A DNA stretch of 64,000 nt, from assembly GCA_963745835.1 (NCBI GenBank), contig CAVUZH010000013.1:512001-576000 (forward strand). Reading direction: 5' to 3'. Shown piece after piece: positions 60,016 to 64,000 of the stretch (position 1 is its first letter; each line of letters opens with the position of its first letter). The notes under the pieces were generated by a model that was not told where the DNA came from, did no database searches, and saw only the letters and a list, made by a program, of their open reading frames with translations. Source of the stretch: an uncultured delta proteobacterium (lineage in GTDB: Bacteria; Desulfobacterota; Binatia; UBA9968). A program made the position numbers and the translations under genes.

Positions 60016-60312
60016 CCTGACCACGGCTGAACCGAAAATTCCCTGCGCTGGAGGTTAACCGGCTAGTTTCATCGCTTCCGCGGCGCACTTTTAAACTTGC
60101 CTAACTCTAATACGACGTATTGGTCTTTTTTTGCATCGATACAGATCGCTTGGTCTAGGAGCGTCGGAGCGCGAGCTATCTCAGATCATCACGACTACCG
60201 AGCCGCATAGCCCGACGGTTGTTCACTTCCCAAGCAACTTGACAGTCTTTAACAGGTTTCGTTAGAAGGATCTCAATCACTGCTTCTCGTGTTTTTTCGT
60301 GGCAGGTTCATT

Positions 60313-61068
60313 ATGAGCTCCACTACCATCAGTTTAATCGCGCTCGTGTGCATTTTTGGCGGCGCACTGATTGGCATCCTGCTTCATACGATCCTGCCTG
60401 AGCATCATCTCAGTTCCGACTCAAAAGACATCGTCAAGCTCGGCGTGGGGCTGGTCGGAACTATGGCAGCCCTTGTTCTGGGCCTACTGGTGGCGGCGGC
60501 CAAGGGCGCTTACGATGCGCAGAGCGCGGAGCTGACACAGATATCGGCCAACATCGCTGCGCTCGACCGCGTCTTGGCCAATTATGGACCTGAGACCAAG
60601 GAGATTCGCGATTTGTTGCACGGCGCCTCCGCGCGCATTCTCGATCAGCTGTGGGGTAATGACAGTCACAGCGCGTTCCTAAGCACTCCGGTATCCGCCG
60701 CTGGTGAAGTTCTTTACAACAAAATTCAGGCGCTCTCGCCGCAGAATAACACGCAGAGCGCGCACCAGGGCCAAGCCTTGAGTATCGTGATGGATACCGG
60801 AAGGACTCGCTGGTTAATGTATGCTCAGGCTACGACTTCGGTTTCCATGCCGCTCTTGATCGTACTGGTGCTTTGGCTCACTGTGATCTTCATCAGTTTC
60901 GGTCTGCTTGCGCCCTTTAACGCTACGGTTGTTTCCAGTTTGTTCGTGTCCGCGCTGTCGGTAGCCGGCGCAATCTTCTTGATCCTAGAGATGTATACCC
61001 CTTACACGGGAGTCATTCAGATCTCCAACGCTCCGCTGCGCGCCACCTTGGTGCATCTTGGCAAGTAA
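60313..61068 (+). CDS. DUF4239-like membrane protein
   Basis: LPEHHL...SKD.VKLG.GL..TM.ALVLGLL, LDR.LA.YGPE, FLILEM.TP..G. Confidence 0.75.
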   Translation: MSSTTISLIALVCIFGGALIGILLHTILPEHHLSSDSKDIVKLGVGLVGTMAALVLGLLVAAAKGAYDAQSAELTQISANIAALDRVLANYGPETKEIRDLLHGASARILDQLWGNDSHSAFLSTPVSAAGEVLYNKIQALSPQNNTQSAHQGQALSIVMDTGRTRWLMYAQATTSVSMPLLIVLVLWLTVIFISFGLLAPFNATVVSSLFVSALSVAGAIFLILEMYTPYTGVIQISNAPLRATLVHLGK

Positions 61069-61096
61069 CTCGCCAATCCGTGCCGCTCACGCCTTC

Positions 61097-61517
61097 AGGG
61101 CGCCGGAACTGGTTGCGGGGAGTGGATCGGTTGGCGAATGGTTTGCGGTGAAATCCCAGCGGCGACGCAGGATTGGAGAGTCAACTGATGAGCGGATTTT
61201 GGGCAGCGGAGCATTTGTAAAGCGTGTTCTAAAAGAAGCAGATGCGCGGACACTCCGGCAAAACGCCTTCAAGAAAACCAAACGCTATGCGGAGCGTGTC
61301 GTTGCCGCGGCCTGCAAGAAAGACGGCATATCGCTAACAGAACTCCGAAGCGGGAGTCGCCGTGGGAAACTGCCCGCCGTGAGAGTGAAGATCGTTCAGG
61401 GGCTAGTGGAGGATTACGGCGTGCCCACCGCCGAAGTCGCTCGCCAAGTGGGTATCTCGACATCTGGAGTTTCAAAGATTCTGACACGAAATTTGTCCAG
61501 CTAGTCAACAGCGTCCC
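61097..61517 (+). mobile_element. RAYT/IS200-like (Y1) transposase C-terminal remnant 1
   Basis: R.PELV.G, DERILGSG.FV..VL, C-terminal HTH (AEVARQVGISTSGVSK); no HUH domain; ends gtcaacagcgtccc. Confidence 0.65.
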
Positions 61518-61639
61518 TAATCGCCACGACTGGTCAAGCTGCCGGGAAACGTGAGTGCCGGTGAGTGGTCACGGCGAATACCTAGGAAAAAAACGCGGAC
61601 TGATCGACTATGGACCAGTGATGGGAGAGTTGAAGACCG

Positions 61640-62017
61640 CTGCTCGTTATGAAGCGTTTTATCCGCGAAGGAGCCAAGGTTAATTATCGGGCGGAGTGGC
61701 ATCCTGGAGACGGGGCGCCGTTTCTAGGACCGGAGCGCTTCGTAAAGACGATTGCCGACGAATCGGTTCCGCCGCCCATCTCCCGGCGTGCAACGTTGAA
61801 GGATTTACTCAAGAGCGTAGCGGCCAAGTCGGGACTTTCGGCCGAGGTATCGCTTCGAAAAGGCCGATTCGGAAGCGTAGTAAACGCCCGCGATCAATTT
61901 GTTCGCGAAGCCGTGTTGCACCAGGGGTATCTCGCTTCTCAGGTCGCATCTTTTCTCGATTGCCATGCATCAATGTCAGCCTACAAAAGACGTAATAGAC
62001 TTAGGCAAGTCTGACAC
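61640..62017 (+). mobile_element. RAYT-like transposase C-terminal remnant 2
   Basis: FLGPERFV, AR..FV..A...GY.ASQVA.FL DnaA-C-like HTH; degraded; ends caagtctgacac. Confidence 0.55.
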
Positions 62018-62120
62018 TATTGGCTTTTGCCTCACCGGACTTGTTGCGAGCGTTTTCGCATTCACCTAATTAGTTGCGAACAAAAGCAGCCCTGTACGAT
62101 TGGAACGCCCCATTGAGCTC

Positions 62121-63137
62121 TCACTGCTTATAAAGGGCTTCGATGAATCCGCTCTCTTCGAACTCCTTGATGAAGCGCAACTCGACGAAGTCCGTGGGAC
62201 GCGCCTCTTTGGCTCTGTCGCCCAGCGACTCCAAAACCGCTTTAATCCCTTCTAAAGAAGGATATTGATTGCGCGGCAGCTTGTCGTCGGTGATCGACAC
62301 ATCATAGCTTTTCTCGAGCACGGCAGTGTCCTTGAAGCCGCCCATGAGCTGCATGAAGACTTTCATGCCGGTTTTTCTGTCCCGCTTCATCATGTGCACC
62401 GCTTCCACTTGCGACTTCACATAGCGGCGCACGATGTCCGGATGCTCCTTGATGAAGCGCCGGGTCGTCACCGGCGCGACGTTTTGAAACGGCAGCGCGC
62501 TCACGTCCGCCAAGATCCTGAAGCCCTCCTTCTCAGCGGCAAAGATCGTCGGCGGGTTGAGCGACGTCGCCTGCACCCGTCCGGTGCGCAGCGCCGCCAG
62601 GCGCTCCGGCGTTCCACCCACCGCGACAATGGAAACATCTTTGGCAGGATTGAGCCCGAGCTTTCTCACGGCCAATTGCGTCGCCGTGTACGAGCCGCCG
62701 GAAAGACCCGCGGCGCCGATAATCGCGCCTTTGAGCTGTTCCGCCGACTTGATGCTCGGATGTCCCACCAGCCAGTAATCGAGCCCGGTGTAGCCGCCCG
62801 CCACATAGACGGCTCCCGAGCCGCCGAGATTGCTTTGCAAAACCGCCGGCGCCGCCGCTTGAATCAATCCCACTTCGCCTGAAATGAGTGCCATCGTCGA
62901 CACCGCGGCCTGAGCGCGAATCACGGTGACGTCGAGACCGTTCCTGGCAAATATCCCCGCCTCTTTCGCTAAAACCACCGGGAGATTGACCGGCCCCACA
63001 CCGGTATAGCTGACGTTAAGCTTCACCGGCTGTGCACGGCTCTCAGAAAGAAAAACGGCAGAACCAAAGCACGTGAAAAACACTGCGAACATCACGCGCG
63101 TCCATTTCAACGCGCTGCTTAAAGCAGAACTCTCCAT
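62121..63137 (-). CDS. ABC transporter substrate-binding protein (NitT/TauT family)
   Basis: Signal peptide; AKEAGIFARNGLDV, LGLNP.KDV, ERLAAL..G, FV..RFIKEFEESGFI. Confidence 0.85.
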   Translation of the reverse strand: MESSALSSALKWTRVMFAVFFTCFGSAVFLSESRAQPVKLNVSYTGVGPVNLPVVLAKEAGIFARNGLDVTVIRAQAAVSTMALISGEVGLIQAAAPAVLQSNLGGSGAVYVAGGYTGLDYWLVGHPSIKSAEQLKGAIIGAAGLSGGSYTATQLAVRKLGLNPAKDVSIVAVGGTPERLAALRTGRVQATSLNPPTIFAAEKEGFRILADVSALPFQNVAPVTTRRFIKEHPDIVRRYVKSQVEAVHMMKRDRKTGMKVFMQLMGGFKDTAVLEKSYDVSITDDKLPRNQYPSLEGIKAVLESLGDRAKEARPTDFVELRFIKEFEESGFIEALYKQ

Positions 63138-63439
63138 TCGTCGCGACCCTCGGTTCCTTGCATTCAATTGTGATTGCCGATCATGACGGGGAACAGTTGT
63201 TCCAGGATGACTAGCAGCACCGCCAGCTAACTGGAAATGGGCACCGGCGTCAATAGCCGCTGCCCATCGCCGCGCGGCCACGGGTGCAACGCGTTGAAGA
63301 AAGCAGAAATGTTGATTTTGGAAAGCGCAAGGTCGATAACGGTACGTCGAAGAACGTAGCTGGCAGGAGCACCTGAGAAGGTCAGCGATCCGGGGTCACT
63401 CATGAAAAGCTTGTCAAGGTCTCGTTTAGATGCACCTCT

Positions 63440-63640
63440 TCACGGGAGGCGTGGGGTTAGTCTAATCACCCACACTCCCGTTGTTTGCGACCAGAGTTCT
63501 GTTCGGTCTCGGTCGACCAATCGGTCAGTCACTCATGCGTGCTCTTCGGCACATTATTGAATTCGACTCTGGTCTCCTAATCAAATCTTCGGATCTCCGG
63601 CTTAGGCCGGGACCATGACCCCAGGAGGATGACCAGAGAC
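63440..63640 (-). ncRNA. Putative IS110 bridge/seek RNA
   Basis: Two stem-internal loop-hairpin units; segments match the element's own junction (catgagtgac 10/10; ggggtca 7/7); terminal hairpin 63442-63481; boundaries approximate. Confidence 0.6.
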
Positions 63641-64000
63641 GTCGGTAACTTTTTTTCGCCCAGGTACAGCCATAAGTCGTTGCCGAGGTCTGTGACGCTT
63701 AAACGACTCACTTCGCTTGAGCATGGCGTAAATGACAGTGAGGATCTTTCGCGCTACCGCCACTTTCGCCGTGCTCCGACCGCGTCGTCGACTCACTCTG
63801 CGGTACACTTTCTGAAAGTTCGAATCCCCGTTGGCGGCATGGATGCTGATCTCTACCAAAATCCATCGCAGCCATCGTGAACCCTGTTTGGTGATCCTGC
63901 CGCTGTAGCTCTTGCTTCCCGAGCTATAGATACTGGGAACCAACCCGGCATACGAACACAATCGCTTGGCATCAGGAAAACGGTCAACCTCACCAATCTC
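63602..64000 (-). CDS. IS110 family transposase (partial, C-terminal domain)
   Basis: EIGEVDRFPDAKRLCSYAGLVP...SSG....GRITKQGSRWLRWILVE, AKVAVARK. Confidence 0.9.
   Translation of the reverse strand, partial: EIGEVDRFPDAKRLCSYAGLVPSIYSSGSKSYSGRITKQGSRWLRWILVEISIHAANGDSNFQKVYRRVSRRRGRSTAKVAVARKILTVIYAMLKRSESFKRHRPRQRLMAVPGRKKVTDVSGHPPGVMVPA

Larger units (their letters stand above)
63396..64000 (-). mobile_element. IS110 family insertion sequence, 3' part (continues beyond window)
   Basis: Transposase C-terminus plus about 200-nt structured non-coding end; outward TTGACA at 63417-63412; inferred junction core TGA at 63398-63396. Confidence 0.8.

Overview
64 kb of a GC-rich bacterial chromosome. 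The many NitT/TauT and Fe-type ABC substrate-binding proteins (SBPs) without permeases, plus amidohydrolases, VOC, Rieske and LigB-type oxygenases, suggest a Binatia/Deltaproteobacteria-like soil organism (inference). No rRNA, tRNA, CRISPR array or integrase was seen. Bases 1-44 kb hold mostly intact metabolic genes, including an aromatic-catabolism neighbourhood at 21.5-31.8 kb, punctuated by a dispersed family of TTGAAC/TTGGAAC short-period repeats. Bases 44-60 kb form a hypervariable, partly decayed island. There, six same-orientation copies of pieces of one SBP gene (mostly its 3' end plus about 20-25 nt downstream) separate 1-5-gene cargo modules like cassettes. The cargo includes four toxin-antitoxin pairs, a VOC/TctC pair, a TIR-TM-ectodomain receptor with a stand-alone copy of its ectodomain, and a stress cluster. 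The window ends with two RAYT-like transposase remnants and the 3' end of an IS110 element. Its non-coding end shows bridge-RNA-like architecture, with guides matching its own junction. All alignments and counts were done by eye; product calls rest on motif recognition, not database searches.
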